DNA from: Nannocystales bacterium
GTDB taxonomy: Bacteria; Myxococcota_A; Polyangia; Nannocystales; Nannocystaceae
Assembly: GCA_050633305.1 (NCBI GenBank)
Contig: JBOEGF010000029.1
Span: 1 to 44,121, forward strand
Length of the DNA stretch: 44,121 nucleotides
Direction: 5' to 3'
Shown here: one piece after another, positions 7,613-17,283 of the stretch
How positions within the stretch are numbered: position 1 is the stretch's first letter
Layout of the letters: every line of letters begins with the position of its first letter
Position numbers and translations under genes: made by a program
Notes under the pieces: model-generated
Databases searched by the model: none
What the model saw: the letters and a program-made list of their open reading frames with translations, nothing else
Told to the model about the DNA's origin: nothing

Positions 7613-10432
7613 ATGGACGCCGAGCGATCCCTCAGCAGCCACAACATCGCCTTCCTCGAAGCGATCTACGAGCAGTACGAGCAAGACCCGAACTCCGTCA
7701 GTGCCGACTGGCGTGCCCTCATCGAGTATGAGAACGGCCGCAGCAGCAACGGAGTTTCGTCGACGGCCACCGGACATGTACTCCCCGATCGCGGCGGCGC
7801 TGTCACCCGCAACCTTCCTCCCGGCACCGACCCCACCGAAGTGGAACAGGTCACGCTGCAGAAGCAGGTCGATCGACTGATCGAAAACTACCGGCTCATC
7901 GGACACCTGCGCGCGGACATCGACCCGTTGGACCGACCGCGCCCGGTCGTCCGAGAAGGTCTCGACCTCGACTACTTCGGTCTGGGCGAGGAACACCTCG
8001 GCCGAGAGTTCTCCCCTGGCCGACTCTTCGATCGACCGCTCGTCTCGCTCCGCGAGATCATCGCCAAGCTCCAGCGGACCTACTGCCGGCGGGTGGGCGT
8101 CGAGTACTGGGACGTTCACGACGTCAGCATGCGGAGCTGGCTTCGGGAGCGCATGGAAGCCTCGGAGAACGAGGTCGTCCCTTCCAAGGAGGAGCAGCTC
8201 GAGCTGTGGCGCTCCCTGGCGCGCTGCGACGAGGTCGACAACTTCCTGCACACCAAGTTCTTGGGTGCCAAGCGCTTCTCCATCGCTGGGGCGGAGAGCG
8301 TGCTCGCGCTGCTGCACACCCTAATCGAGGCTGGTGGTGCGGAGGGCGTCGAGGAAGTCTTGATGGGCATGGCGCACCGCGGGCGCCTCTCCGTGATGAT
8401 GAACATCCTCGGACAGACGCCTTCGCAGATCTTCGAGAAATTCGAGAGCGGCGACCCCTGGGCCAACCTCGGCTCGGGTGACGTCAAATACCACCTCGGC
8501 TGCTATCGGGACTACGTCACTCGCGAGGGCCGGAACATGTACCTGGCGCTGGCGTTCAACCCCAGCCACCTCGAGGCGATCACGCCCGTCATCGCAGGCC
8601 GGGTCCGCGCCAGCCAGGACAAGCTCCCCGCCGGCGAAGAGACCAAGGTTCTCGGCGTCACGCTTCACGGCGATGCCGCCGTGATGGGTCAGGGCGTCTA
8701 CGCCGAGACGCTCAACCTCTCGAAGCTCCAAGGCTACGGCAACCACGGGACCATTCGCGTGGTGATCAACAACCAGGTCGGCTTCACCACCGACCCCAGC
8801 GACTCGCGGTCCACCGTCTACCCGACCGCGGTCGCCGACATGCTCAACGCGCCGGTGTTCCACGTCAACGGCGACGACCCGGAAGCCGCGGCCTACGTGG
8901 CAAAGCTGGCCGTCGAGTACCGGCAGAAGTTCGAGAGCGACGTGATCATCGATCTCGTGTGTTTCCGAAAGTTCGGGCACAACGAGGGCGACGAACCCAC
9001 GTTCACGCAGCCGGACATGTACCGGCGCATCAAGGACCGCAAGGGGGTCCGCGCGCTGTACGAGCAGCGACTGCTCGCTCGCGGCACGGTCACCGAGCAA
9101 GACCTCGTCAACGAACGCGAGACGCTCAAGGCCGAGTTCGAAGGCGCGCTGGACAAAGTCCGCAGCAAGAACGGCAACGGCAACGGTCACGCAAAGTCCC
9201 CCATGCATGGCGTTTGGGAGAACTTCGCGGGTGGCCCCGATGCCGAGGTTCCGACCGCCGATACCTCCGTGCCCGCGAAGCGTCTCGACGAGCTGTCGGA
9301 GCGTGTCGTCGCAGTCCCCGAGACCTTCAAGCTCCATCGCAAGCTCCAGCGCTTCGTCAAAGAGCTGGGCGAGATGACCCGCGGCGAGGCTCCATTGAGC
9401 TGGGCCGCAGCCGAGCACCTGGCCTACGCCTCCCTGCTCACCGAGGGGCACAGCGTCCGCATCTCCGGGCAGGACGCCATTCGCGGCACGTTCACCCACC
9501 GCCATGTGGGCTGGACCGACAGCGACAGCGGCGTTCGCTTCTTCGCGATGCAAAACCTGTCGGACACTCAGGGCCGCTTCGACTGCTACAACAGTCCGCT
9601 GTCCGAGTTCGGTGTCCTCGGCTTCGAGTTCGGCTACAGCCTGGCTTCTCCGGACACCCTCCTCATCTGGGAGGCGCAGTTTGGAGACTTCGCCAACGGC
9701 GCACAGGTCATCATCGACCAGTTCCTCAGCAGCTCGGAGGACAAGTGGAACCGGATCAGCGGACTGGTCATGTTCTTGCCGCACGGCTACGAGGGCCAAG
9801 GCCCCGAGCACAGCAGCGCCCGCCTCGAGCGGTTCTTGCAGCTGTGTGCCGAGGACAACATGCAGGTGTGCAACTTGACCACGCCCGCGCAGATGTTCCA
9901 TGCGCTGCGTCGTCAGATTCACCGCAAGTGGCGCAAGCCGCTCATCATCATGACACCCAAGAGCCTGCTTCGAACCCGGCAGTCCTTCTCGCCGCGCGAG
10001 GAGCTCAGCGACGGCGGTTTCCAGCGGCTCATCGACGACAAGAGCATCGATGACAAGGGCGCAAAGAAGGTCCGCCGCGTCATGTTCTGCAGCGGCAAGA
10101 TCTACTACGACCTAGTCGCGCACCGCGAAGAGCTGGGGCGCAACGACGTCGCGATCGTGCGGCTGGAGCAGTTCTACCCCTTCCCCACCGATGCCGCCAA
10201 AGCCGCCCTCGCCCGATACGCCAAGGCGACCGAAGTGCTCTGGGTTCAAGAAGAGCCCAAGAACATGGGTGGGTGGTCCTTTGTCCGTCCCTTCTTCGAA
10301 GAGGTGGTCGGCAAGCTTCCGCTGCGGTACGCAGGGCGTGCCGCCAGTGCCTCTCCCGCGACGGGCTCCTCCGAGTCCCACAAGCTCGAGCAACAGATGA
10401 ACATGCAAGGCGCATTCGCCGACCTTGCCTGA
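7613..10432 (+). CDS. sucA: 2-oxoglutarate dehydrogenase E1 component
   Basis: GMAHRGRL, GDVKYHLG, NPSHLE, HGDAA...GQG TPP motif, GHNEGDEP, WEAQFGDFANGAQ, LPHGYEGQGPEHSSAR. Confidence 0.98.
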   Translation: MDAERSLSSHNIAFLEAIYEQYEQDPNSVSADWRALIEYENGRSSNGVSSTATGHVLPDRGGAVTRNLPPGTDPTEVEQVTLQKQVDRLIENYRLIGHLRADIDPLDRPRPVVREGLDLDYFGLGEEHLGREFSPGRLFDRPLVSLREIIAKLQRTYCRRVGVEYWDVHDVSMRSWLRERMEASENEVVPSKEEQLELWRSLARCDEVDNFLHTKFLGAKRFSIAGAESVLALLHTLIEAGGAEGVEEVLMGMAHRGRLSVMMNILGQTPSQIFEKFESGDPWANLGSGDVKYHLGCYRDYVTREGRNMYLALAFNPSHLEAITPVIAGRVRASQDKLPAGEETKVLGVTLHGDAAVMGQGVYAETLNLSKLQGYGNHGTIRVVINNQVGFTTDPSDSRSTVYPTAVADMLNAPVFHVNGDDPEAAAYVAKLAVEYRQKFESDVIIDLVCFRKFGHNEGDEPTFTQPDMYRRIKDRKGVRALYEQRLLARGTVTEQDLVNERETLKAEFEGALDKVRSKNGNGNGHAKSPMHGVWENFAGGPDAEVPTADTSVPAKRLDELSERVVAVPETFKLHRKLQRFVKELGEMTRGEAPLSWAAAEHLAYASLLTEGHSVRISGQDAIRGTFTHRHVGWTDSDSGVRFFAMQNLSDTQGRFDCYNSPLSEFGVLGFEFGYSLASPDTLLIWEAQFGDFANGAQVIIDQFLSSSEDKWNRISGLVMFLPHGYEGQGPEHSSARLERFLQLCAEDNMQVCNLTTPAQMFHALRRQIHRKWRKPLIIMTPKSLLRTRQSFSPREELSDGGFQRLIDDKSIDDKGAKKVRRVMFCSGKIYYDLVAHREELGRNDVAIVRLEQFYPFPTDAAKAALARYAKATEVLWVQEEPKNMGGWSFVRPFFEEVVGKLPLRYAGRAASASPATGSSESHKLEQQMNMQGAFADLA

Positions 10433-10483
10433 GCTGGGGCCCCCCTAGCTCCCTGCGACTCAACTCCCGCCAAGCAAAAGACA

Positions 10484-11683
10484 ATGGCTATCGACATTTT
10501 GGTTCCACAAATGGGCGAGTCGGTCACCGAAGGTGTGATCGCCCAATGGCTCAAGAACGAAGGCGACACGGTTGCCGCCGATGAGCCCCTCGTTGAAATC
10601 GAGACGGACAAGATCACCGTGGAGGTGCCCGCCGCCTCGGCAGGCGTGCTGCTCAAGCAAGGCGCGGGCGAGGGCGACACCGTCAACGTTGGCGATGTGA
10701 TCGGCTCGATCGACGGCAACGCCTCGGCAGCCGCACCGGCTCCCGCCGCCGCTCCTGCTCCTGCCGCTGCTGCCCCGGCTCCTGCTGCCTCCGCGGGTGG
10801 TGCTGCCATGCCCGCCGCCCGAGCCGAAGCACAGCGCTCCGGCGTCGACGTGGGCTCGGTCCCGGGCACCGGCCGCGGTGGTCGGGTCCTCAAGGAGGAC
10901 GTCCAGCGTGCGGCCTCAGCTCCCGCCGCTCCCGCCAAGGCAACCCGGTCCACACCACCCACCGTCACCGCTCCCAGCGCTGAAGGTCGTGAGACCCGCA
11001 AGAAGATGACCTCGCTGCGTCGTCGTGTGGCCGAGCGCCTCGTGCACTCGCAGCAGACCGCCGCCATCCTCACCACCTTCAACGAGGTGGACATGTCGGC
11101 CGTCATGGCGCTTCGCTCCAAGTGGAAGCAGAAGTTCGTCGACAACCACGGCGTCAAGCTGGGCTTCATGTCCTTCTTCGTGAAGGCGGCCATCAAGGCG
11201 CTCAAAGCCTTCCCGCCCGTCAACGCCGAGCTCGACGGCGACGACGTCGTCTACAAGCACTACTACGACATCGGCGTGGCCGTCGGCGGTGGCAAGGGCC
11301 TCGTGGTCCCCGTCATCCGCGACGCGGACCGACTCTCCTTCGCCGACATCGAGAAGTCGATCGGCGACTACGGCCGCCGCGCCAAGGACAACAAGCTCAC
11401 CCTCGATGAGCTCACGGGCGGCACGTTCACCATCTCCAACGGTGGTGTCTACGGCTCGATGCTGTCCACCCCGATCCTCAACCCGCCGCAGACCGGCATC
11501 CTCGGGTTGCACAACATCGTCGAGCGCGCAGTCGTCATCGACGGCAAGGTCGAGGTCCGCCCGATCATGTACCTGGCGCTGAGCTACGACCACCGACTGA
11601 TCGATGGCCGCGAGGCTGTCCGGTTCCTTGTGACGATCAAAGAAGCCCTCGAGGACCCCGAGCGCCTCTTCCTGGGCGTCTAG
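10484..11683 (+). CDS. sucB: Dihydrolipoyllysine-residue succinyltransferase (E2)
   Basis: Lipoyl motif ETDKITVEV, Ala/Pro linker, E3-binding [13 protein letters not shown], catalytic SYDHRLIDG. Confidence 0.98.
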   Translation: MAIDILVPQMGESVTEGVIAQWLKNEGDTVAADEPLVEIETDKITVEVPAASAGVLLKQGAGEGDTVNVGDVIGSIDGNASAAAPAPAAAPAPAAAAPAPAASAGGAAMPAARAEAQRSGVDVGSVPGTGRGGRVLKEDVQRAASAPAAPAKATRSTPPTVTAPSAEGRETRKKMTSLRRRVAERLVHSQQTAAILTTFNEVDMSAVMALRSKWKQKFVDNHGVKLGFMSFFVKAAIKALKAFPPVNAELDGDDVVYKHYYDIGVAVGGGKGLVVPVIRDADRLSFADIEKSIGDYGRRAKDNKLTLDELTGGTFTISNGGVYGSMLSTPILNPPQTGILGLHNIVERAVVIDGKVEVRPIMYLALSYDHRLIDGREAVRFLVTIKEALEDPERLFLGV

Positions 11684-11690
11684 TCTGTAC

Positions 11691-11714
11691 AGGGGCCTTT
11701 TTGCAAAGGCCCCT
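11691..11714 (+). terminator. Stem-loop between sucB and lpdA (terminator-like or mRNA-stabilising hairpin)
   Basis: Perfect 10-bp inverted repeat aggggccttt-ttgc-aaaggcccct; no following U-tract. Confidence 0.55.
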
Positions 11715-11795
11715 CGCTGCGGCAGCCAAGCTGCCTTCGCTTCACCCCACACGCGCGGCGTCTTGTCGCCGCTGACTCTCTGAGTCCAGAGCACC

Positions 11796-13205
11796 ATGAG
11801 CAACACACAGGAATTCGACCTCGTCGTCATCGGCGCGGGGCCTGGCGGGTACGTCGGGGCCATTCGTGCCGCACAGCTCGGCATGAAGGTCGCGTGCATC
11901 GACAAGGAAGCCAAGCTCGGAGGTACCTGCCTGCGGGTGGGATGCATCCCGTCCAAGGCCCTGCTCGAGTCTTCCGAGCGCTACCACGAGGCCGCAGACG
12001 GCGTGTTCGATGAGCACGGCATCAAGCTGTCCAAGGTCGCCCTCGACCTGGACACGATGCTCGGGCGCAAGGACAAGATCGTCGACCAGCTCACCTCCGG
12101 GGTCGCGGGCTTGTTCAAGAAGAACGGCATCACCCGATTCCATGGGCTCGGCAAGCTTGCGGGCAACGGCAACGTCGAGGTCGCACTCGAAGACGGCGGC
12201 ACGCAGACGCTGAAGGCCAAAAACATCATGATCGCCACCGGCTCCGAGCCGACGACGATCCCCGGTGTCGAGCTGGACTACGACCGCGTCGGAAACTCGA
12301 CCACCGCCCTGTCCTACCCAAGCGTCCCCGAGCACTTGGTCGTCATTGGTGCCGGAGTCATCGGCCTCGAGCTCGGCTCGGTCTGGAAGCGCCTCGGCGC
12401 CAAGGTCACGATGCTCGAGTACATGCCCACCTTCTTGCCCACCGTCGACGCCGAAGTCGCCCGGCAGGCCATGAAGGCCTTCAAGAAGCAGGGCCTCGAG
12501 TTCAAGATGGGCGTCAAGGTCACCGGCACCAAGGTCGAGGGTGATTCGGTCACCGTCACCTATGAGGAGAAGGGCGAGACCAAGACGATCTCCGGCGACC
12601 GTGTTCTCGTCGCCACGGGTCGCCGTGCCAACACCGATGGACTCGGTGCCCAAGAGGCCGGCATCGAGATGGACAAGCGCGGGGTCATCCAAGTCGACGA
12701 CCACTTCCGCACCAACGTCCCCGGTGTGTGGGCGATCGGTGACGTCACCCCCGGTCCCATGCTCGCGCACAAAGCCGAGCACGAGGGCGTCGCTGCCGTC
12801 GAGACCATGGCCGGCCAAGCCGGGCATGTAAACTACGATGCCATCCCCGGCATCATATACACCCACCCCGAGGTCGCAACGGTCGGCAAGACCGAGCAAG
12901 AGCTCAAGGACGCGGGCATTCCCTACAAGAAGGGCAAGTTCCCGTACATGGCCAACGCGCGGGCGAAGGCCATGGGCGAGACCAACGGCTTGGTGAAGAT
13001 TCTGGCGCACGCCGAGACCGACCGGATTCTTGGGTTCCATGTGTTCGGTGCGCACGCGAGCGATCTGGCCGCCGAGGGTGCGGTCGCGATCGAGTTCTCC
13101 GCGAGCTCGGAGGACCTCGCGCGTAGCGTGCACGCGCACCCGACCTTGTCGGAGATCATCAAGGAAGCCGCACTCGATGTGGCCGGGCGGGTTGTGAACA
13201 TCTGA
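11796..13205 (+). CDS. lpdA: Dihydrolipoyl dehydrogenase (E3)
   Basis: GAGPGGY, GGTCLRVGCIPSK redox disulfide, GAGVIGLE, HAHPTLSE. Confidence 0.98.
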   Translation: MSNTQEFDLVVIGAGPGGYVGAIRAAQLGMKVACIDKEAKLGGTCLRVGCIPSKALLESSERYHEAADGVFDEHGIKLSKVALDLDTMLGRKDKIVDQLTSGVAGLFKKNGITRFHGLGKLAGNGNVEVALEDGGTQTLKAKNIMIATGSEPTTIPGVELDYDRVGNSTTALSYPSVPEHLVVIGAGVIGLELGSVWKRLGAKVTMLEYMPTFLPTVDAEVARQAMKAFKKQGLEFKMGVKVTGTKVEGDSVTVTYEEKGETKTISGDRVLVATGRRANTDGLGAQEAGIEMDKRGVIQVDDHFRTNVPGVWAIGDVTPGPMLAHKAEHEGVAAVETMAGQAGHVNYDAIPGIIYTHPEVATVGKTEQELKDAGIPYKKGKFPYMANARAKAMGETNGLVKILAHAETDRILGFHVFGAHASDLAAEGAVAIEFSASSEDLARSVHAHPTLSEIIKEAALDVAGRVVNI

Positions 13206-13222
13206 GCGACGCGCACGCCGTG

Positions 13223-13260
13223 GACGAAGCCCCGACCGTTTCCGCGGCCGGGGCTTTGTC
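13223..13260 (+). terminator. Intrinsic terminator after lpdA
   Basis: gacgaagccccg...cggggctttgtc stem-loop 17 nt after the lpdA stop. Confidence 0.7.
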
Positions 13261-13380
13261 GTTCTGCCGAACTCAGGCTACGAGGCCGGTCTGGGGACCT
13301 GTCCTCGATGGAGTCCCGCGTTTGCCAGTGGCCCTGGGCGTCAGTACAGTTGTGTGCATCATGGTTGCAGGACGCTACCG

Positions 13381-13638
13381 ACTGAGCGTGTCATCGATCC
13401 GGCCGACCTGAAGTGACAACTCAACGGCGACATCGCACATTCGTTCATCGCCGATCCGACGTTCATGGACCCCCGAGCAGAACTCTGGTCCTTCGACCCC
13501 GGCGATGGGAGCGGGTTCTGTCTAGCCGTAGCCCGAAGGGACGGTGAGTTCTCGAGCGATCTGCAGACGATTTCGGTTGTTCAGGAGTTGCCAACCTGCG
13601 CGCCGACGAATGCCTACACCATCGTGGTGCAGAACTAG
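13381..13638 (+). pseudogene. Probable 3' gene remnant or 57-aa small ORF (ATG 13465-TAG 13638)
   Basis: Protein-like frame TERVIDPADLK*QLNGDIAHSFIADPTFMDPRAELWSFDPG...YTIVVQN* with one in-frame TGA at 13414-13416. Its TAG overlaps the GGAG RBS of the next gene. Confidence 0.4.
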
Positions 13639-13648
13639 GAGACCGCTG

Positions 13649-14602
13649 ATGTATCGAAGAACCATCTCCGCGCTCCTGTCTTCCGGTCTGCTCCTGGGCT
13701 GTCCCACCGAGAAGACCTCCTCGTCACCTGGCCTGTCGTCGTCAACCGGAGATGAGACTTCGGGCACAGGAACACTCCTGCCGACCTCGTCGCCCGATGA
13801 CACGGCCGAGTCCAGCACCTCCGAAGGCTTCCTCGACCCCGTGCCCTGCAGACAGGCGCAGGGGCTCGTCTGCGGCGATGCCGACGCGCAGCTCGGAGCC
13901 GGTGTCGACCTGCGCGCCGTTGCGGGGTGCGAGGTCTGGCTGGGCAGCGTATTCCTACCGCGGAACGCGACGGATGAAGAACTCGCCTCGTTCTCGAGCC
14001 TTCGCTCCGCCGAGTCCCTCTTCAACGTCGGCTCGAACGAGTTCGGAGACCTGCGTGGGTTGGAGTGCCTAGAGTACATCTCGCTGTTGTCCGCGCAGTT
14101 GAACCCCAACCTCGTCTCCCTGGACGGACTCGAGGGGGTGACGCGAATAGGAGCGCTGAGCCTTCTCAGCACAGGAGCACTACGTGACATCCGAGGACTT
14201 CGCTCACTGGAGGAATTGGACGGTCTCGCCGTACAGGGAACAGAGCTGCTGGAGAGTCTGGAGGGACTCGAAGGACTCACCAAACTCGTCGGTGTGACGA
14301 TCGGATCCAACGCCACACTCGTCGACTTGGGGGGTCTAGACAACGTATCGATCATCTCGAACGACGCCGTCATCGCAAGCAACACTGCGCTCACCAGCCT
14401 TCACGGACTCGAAACCCTGCAAGAGATCGGCCGCGACCTCGAGCTCCGCGACAACCCCGTCCTCGAAGACCTCTCCGCGCTGGAGAGTCTCGAGCACGTC
14501 GGTGGCGACTTGACCATCACCGGCAACCTGATGCTCTCTCCCGCCGAAGTCGACGCGCTGCTCGAGGGTATCGAGGTCGGCGGCACGGTGACCCGCGACT
14601 AA
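13649..14602 (+). CDS. Lipoprotein with receptor-L-domain-like leucine-rich repeats
   Basis: GGAG RBS; lipobox LLLGC; Ser/Thr linker; 24-25 aa repeats of the form NxxLxxLxGLxxLxxIGxxLxI. Confidence 0.85.
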   Translation: MYRRTISALLSSGLLLGCPTEKTSSSPGLSSSTGDETSGTGTLLPTSSPDDTAESSTSEGFLDPVPCRQAQGLVCGDADAQLGAGVDLRAVAGCEVWLGSVFLPRNATDEELASFSSLRSAESLFNVGSNEFGDLRGLECLEYISLLSAQLNPNLVSLDGLEGVTRIGALSLLSTGALRDIRGLRSLEELDGLAVQGTELLESLEGLEGLTKLVGVTIGSNATLVDLGGLDNVSIISNDAVIASNTALTSLHGLETLQEIGRDLELRDNPVLEDLSALESLEHVGGDLTITGNLMLSPAEVDALLEGIEVGGTVTRD

Positions 14603-14628
14603 CCCCCGTACACAAGTGGACGACCTCC

Positions 14629-14967
14629 TCAGTCCTCTTCGACAAACGCACGCAGTCGATCAACGGCCGCGTCCCACTGCCGGGAAATCGTCTCGAGGTG
14701 GCGCTGCGCATCGTCCAGAGCGTTCGGCTGCAGCTCCCAGATGCGCTCCCGCCCGACCCGCGTACTTCGGAGCAGACCAGCGCCCTCCAGCGCGCGAAGG
14801 TGCTTGGTCACCGCTTGGCGACTAATGTCCGTCCCCTCTGTCAGGCGGACGATCGGTTGCGGCCCCTGCTCGCTCAGGCGCGTGACGATCCGCAGACGAT
14901 GCTCATCTCCGAGCGCAGCAAACATCGGAGCGGCTTCGAGAAGTCTGGCGGTTCCGCTACGTTGCAT
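14629..14967 (-). CDS. ArsR/SmtB family transcriptional regulator
   Basis: FAALGDEHRLRIV...ISRQAVTKHLRALEGAGLL...GRER winged HTH. Start overlaps the end of the SRPBCC gene. Confidence 0.93.
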   Translation of the reverse strand: MQRSGTARLLEAAPMFAALGDEHRLRIVTRLSEQGPQPIVRLTEGTDISRQAVTKHLRALEGAGLLRSTRVGRERIWELQPNALDDAQRHLETISRQWDAAVDRLRAFVEED

Positions 14968-15445
14968 CGTCCAAGTACTTCCTGATGAGCTTGGTCTGAG
15001 CCGACCAGCCACCGTCGTTGTCGGTAAATGCTTTTGCGCGGCGCTCGAGTGGAACCCGGTCAAAGCCCGACTCGGTGATCGTCAGCAGGACACCATCCTC
15101 CGCATCGGCGAGCTCGAACGCTACGCGCGTCATCTCGTCGTCGGTACTGCTGGCGTCGGTCGACGAGCCCGGATGCCAGCGGAACGAGAAGTGGTCCATC
15201 GGCTCGATGCGGTCAACGCAAACGTCGAACTCGAGGCCCGCGTAGGGCTCCTGGCTCTTGGCGACCTCCAGATCGACCCGGGTCGGCACAATACGGCCAT
15301 GGACTCGGTGACCAGCCACAAAGGCCTCGTCGAACTCGACTCCGAACCAAGTCCCAAACTGCTTGGCGTCCGTGATCGCCTCCCAGACCCGCTTGCGTGG
15401 AGCCCGGAGCACGATCTGCTTGTGGATCTTGTCGGTGTCGTTCAT
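14957..15445 (-). CDS. SRPBCC (AHSA1/START-like) family protein
   Basis: IHKQIVLRAPRKRVWEAITD...FGTWFG...FSFRWHP...LLTITESGF...GGW. Confidence 0.93.
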   Translation of the reverse strand: MNDTDKIHKQIVLRAPRKRVWEAITDAKQFGTWFGVEFDEAFVAGHRVHGRIVPTRVDLEVAKSQEPYAGLEFDVCVDRIEPMDHFSFRWHPGSSTDASSTDDEMTRVAFELADAEDGVLLTITESGFDRVPLERRAKAFTDNDGGWSAQTKLIRKYLDDAT

Positions 15446-15507
15446 AGGCAACCCTCAGGTTGCCTATCTGTAGCGCGCCGGGTCGAATCAAGCAACCCTT
15501 TGGTTGC
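15444..15507. promoter_or_regulatory. Two GCAACC-N4-GGTTGC palindromes, probable ArsR autoregulatory operators
   Basis: ataggcaacc-ctca-ggttgcctat (15444-15467) and gcaacc-cttt-ggttgc (15492-15507), directly upstream of the SRPBCC-ArsR unit. Confidence 0.75.
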
Positions 15508-15575
15508 ACATAAAGCAACGAGTCATCGTGGTGCCAAGCCAAACAATCACCCGAGCACCAGAGGTCGTGGTCGCC

Positions 15576-16664
15576 CTACGACCCGAGGGCGGGCGCGAGA
15601 ACGATGTGGGTGGGCGCGTCGAGGCCCGCCGCCGCCGCGTCCACGAGCGTGTCGAGGGGCGTTCCGTCGGCGCCGAAGCGCAGCACGGTGTTGTTCCCAA
15701 CGCTCACGACATGCAGCACGCCCGCGGGGTCGAAAACCATGCCCGCAGGGCTGCCCAGCTCGCCCGCACCCACGAAGACGTCTACGAACTCGCCGTTGTC
15801 GGCGTCGAATCGCAGTACGGCGCCGCTCCCCTCGTTGGCCACGTACAGGTGTTCCCCCTGAAACACCAGTGTGCGCGGTCGCGAAAGTTCGTCGCTGGAC
15901 GTGAAGTCTCCTTCATAGTCGCCGGTCGCACCGTCGAAGCGCGCGATCGTGTTGCTGTAGTAGCCAGGGACGAACAGGTCGCCGTCGGGACCGAACACCA
16001 TGCCAGCGTCGGGTCCGTCCAGCCCCCCGGTTCCGGGTGGGACGAACACGTCGACGAACGTGCCGTCGGAGCCGTAGCGGAGGATCGCGTCAGAGTCGAA
16101 ACTGGAGATGTAGAGGTTGTCGTCGGGACCGAACAGCACCGCGGCCGGGCCCTGCAGGCCACCGGTCTCATCCTCGGGCGTGTCGGGGTCGTCCCAGATG
16201 AAGCGGTCGAGAAGGGCCCCCGAGGACCCGTCAAAACGCAGCACCATGTTCGACTCTTCGCTCGCGACATACAGCGCGCCGTCGGGACCCACAGCGATGC
16301 CCAGCGCCCCATCGAGTTCCTTCGCGGGTCCGAGATCGCCCAGATGGGCGCCGTCGTCGAGGTCGAATCGACTCACCGAGTCTGCCGTGAAGTTGCAAAC
16401 CAGCAGCTCGAGCCCGGACCCCGCTCCTTTCCCCGTGGAGTCGTTCCCACTCGAGCTGTCGGCGTCAGTCGTCTCGCTGGACGTTGTCGACCCCGAGTCG
16501 TTCCCGCTCGTCGATCCGGAGGTCGGCTCGGGTCCCCTCGTCGAGGAGGACCCGTTCGATCCGGTCGCCGAGTCGCCCGTCGACCCGTCTGCAGTCTCGG
16601 ACGAGCCGGAGTCCGCACAAGCGACCGTCAGGGTACAGAACAACGAAACGTGCAGGGCTCTCAC
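15576..16664 (-). CDS. Lipoprotein with NHL/Vgb-like beta-propeller repeats
   Basis: GGAGG RBS, GTG start, lipobox LTVAC, S/T/G linker, and repeated GPDGxLYVxS...VLRFDxxxGxFVDxF blades. Confidence 0.85.
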   Translation of the reverse strand: MRALHVSLFCTLTVACADSGSSETADGSTGDSATGSNGSSSTRGPEPTSGSTSGNDSGSTTSSETTDADSSSGNDSTGKGAGSGLELLVCNFTADSVSRFDLDDGAHLGDLGPAKELDGALGIAVGPDGALYVASEESNMVLRFDGSSGALLDRFIWDDPDTPEDETGGLQGPAAVLFGPDDNLYISSFDSDAILRYGSDGTFVDVFVPPGTGGLDGPDAGMVFGPDGDLFVPGYYSNTIARFDGATGDYEGDFTSSDELSRPRTLVFQGEHLYVANEGSGAVLRFDADNGEFVDVFVGAGELGSPAGMVFDPAGVLHVVSVGNNTVLRFGADGTPLDTLVDAAAAGLDAPTHIVLAPALGS

Positions 16665-16953
16665 GAGCGCAGCATGTCCCCTCCCCCTTTGGGCACCAAG
16701 CTCCATGGGGCCGTTTTCGGATGTCGACCGCCCAGACCCGCTCTTCCCGGGGGCCTGCGCCGAAGGCGGGAGGCAAGACCAACGAGTCGGGGAAGAATTC
16801 GGACTCTCGGCACGCTCCGGGCAGAACGCCGGCCGCCTACGCGACCGGTGCTCTGTCGTGCCATCTGCGCTCGCCGCCGCCGTACGACAGCGCCAGTACA
16901 CGCACCAGAGAAACCCCGTGAGCACCCTGTTGCACCCCAACGTCTGTGCGCCC

Positions 16954-16979
16954 CAAATACGACAGCGCTGTCGTATTTG
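16954..16979. repeat. Perfect 26-bp palindrome
   Basis: caaatacgacagc|gctgtcgtatttg. Confidence 0.9.
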
Positions 16980-17028
16980 AAATTCGCCAATCCTGGCGCA
17001 TCACCGACGACAGCTGCACATGAAGTCC

Positions 17029-17223
17029 CCCCATACCTCCCGAACCCACGCGGCGAATCACGCGAAAACGATCGATCGTCTTGGGGAGGTCGTCAGGGAA
17101 ACCACGGCCATCGCCGGGCAGGGTCGGTTCGTCCGACGGTCGGCCCTCCGTCCGCGTCCGTGTGGTGTCGTCGAGACCGATGCGTCGAGCATGCCAGTCC
17201 GCGGACTCGCCCGGGAGACTCAT
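17029..17223 (-). pseudogene. Truncated Hanks-type Ser/Thr protein kinase N-terminus
   Basis: MSLPG...DDLPKTIDRFRVIRRVGSGGMG matches kinase subdomain I (GxGGMG). I could see no VAIK, HRDLK or DFG downstream. Confidence 0.7.
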
Positions 17224-17283
17224 CCGAGCCTCATGGGCGAGCACTACGTCATCGGCGAAGGGTCTCGGGCCCCTGGCGGAGCG

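Noticed and set aside
10730..10800. gctcc/gccgct short repeats in sucB and similar repeats at 4510-4620
   Set aside because: They simply encode Ala/Pro flexible linkers.
13361..13411. MVAGRYRL resembling a kinase N-terminus
   Set aside because: No GxGxxG follows and the frame stops after 16 codons; likely chance.
13414..13416. In-frame TGA as possible selenocysteine
   Set aside because: No redox-motif context and no convincing SECIS-like hairpin directly downstream; a nonsense mutation is simpler.
16840..17015. Possible CRISPR or mini-array
   Set aside because: Only a 7-11 nt core recurs, spacing is irregular, and there are no cas genes. Retained only as a palindrome cluster.
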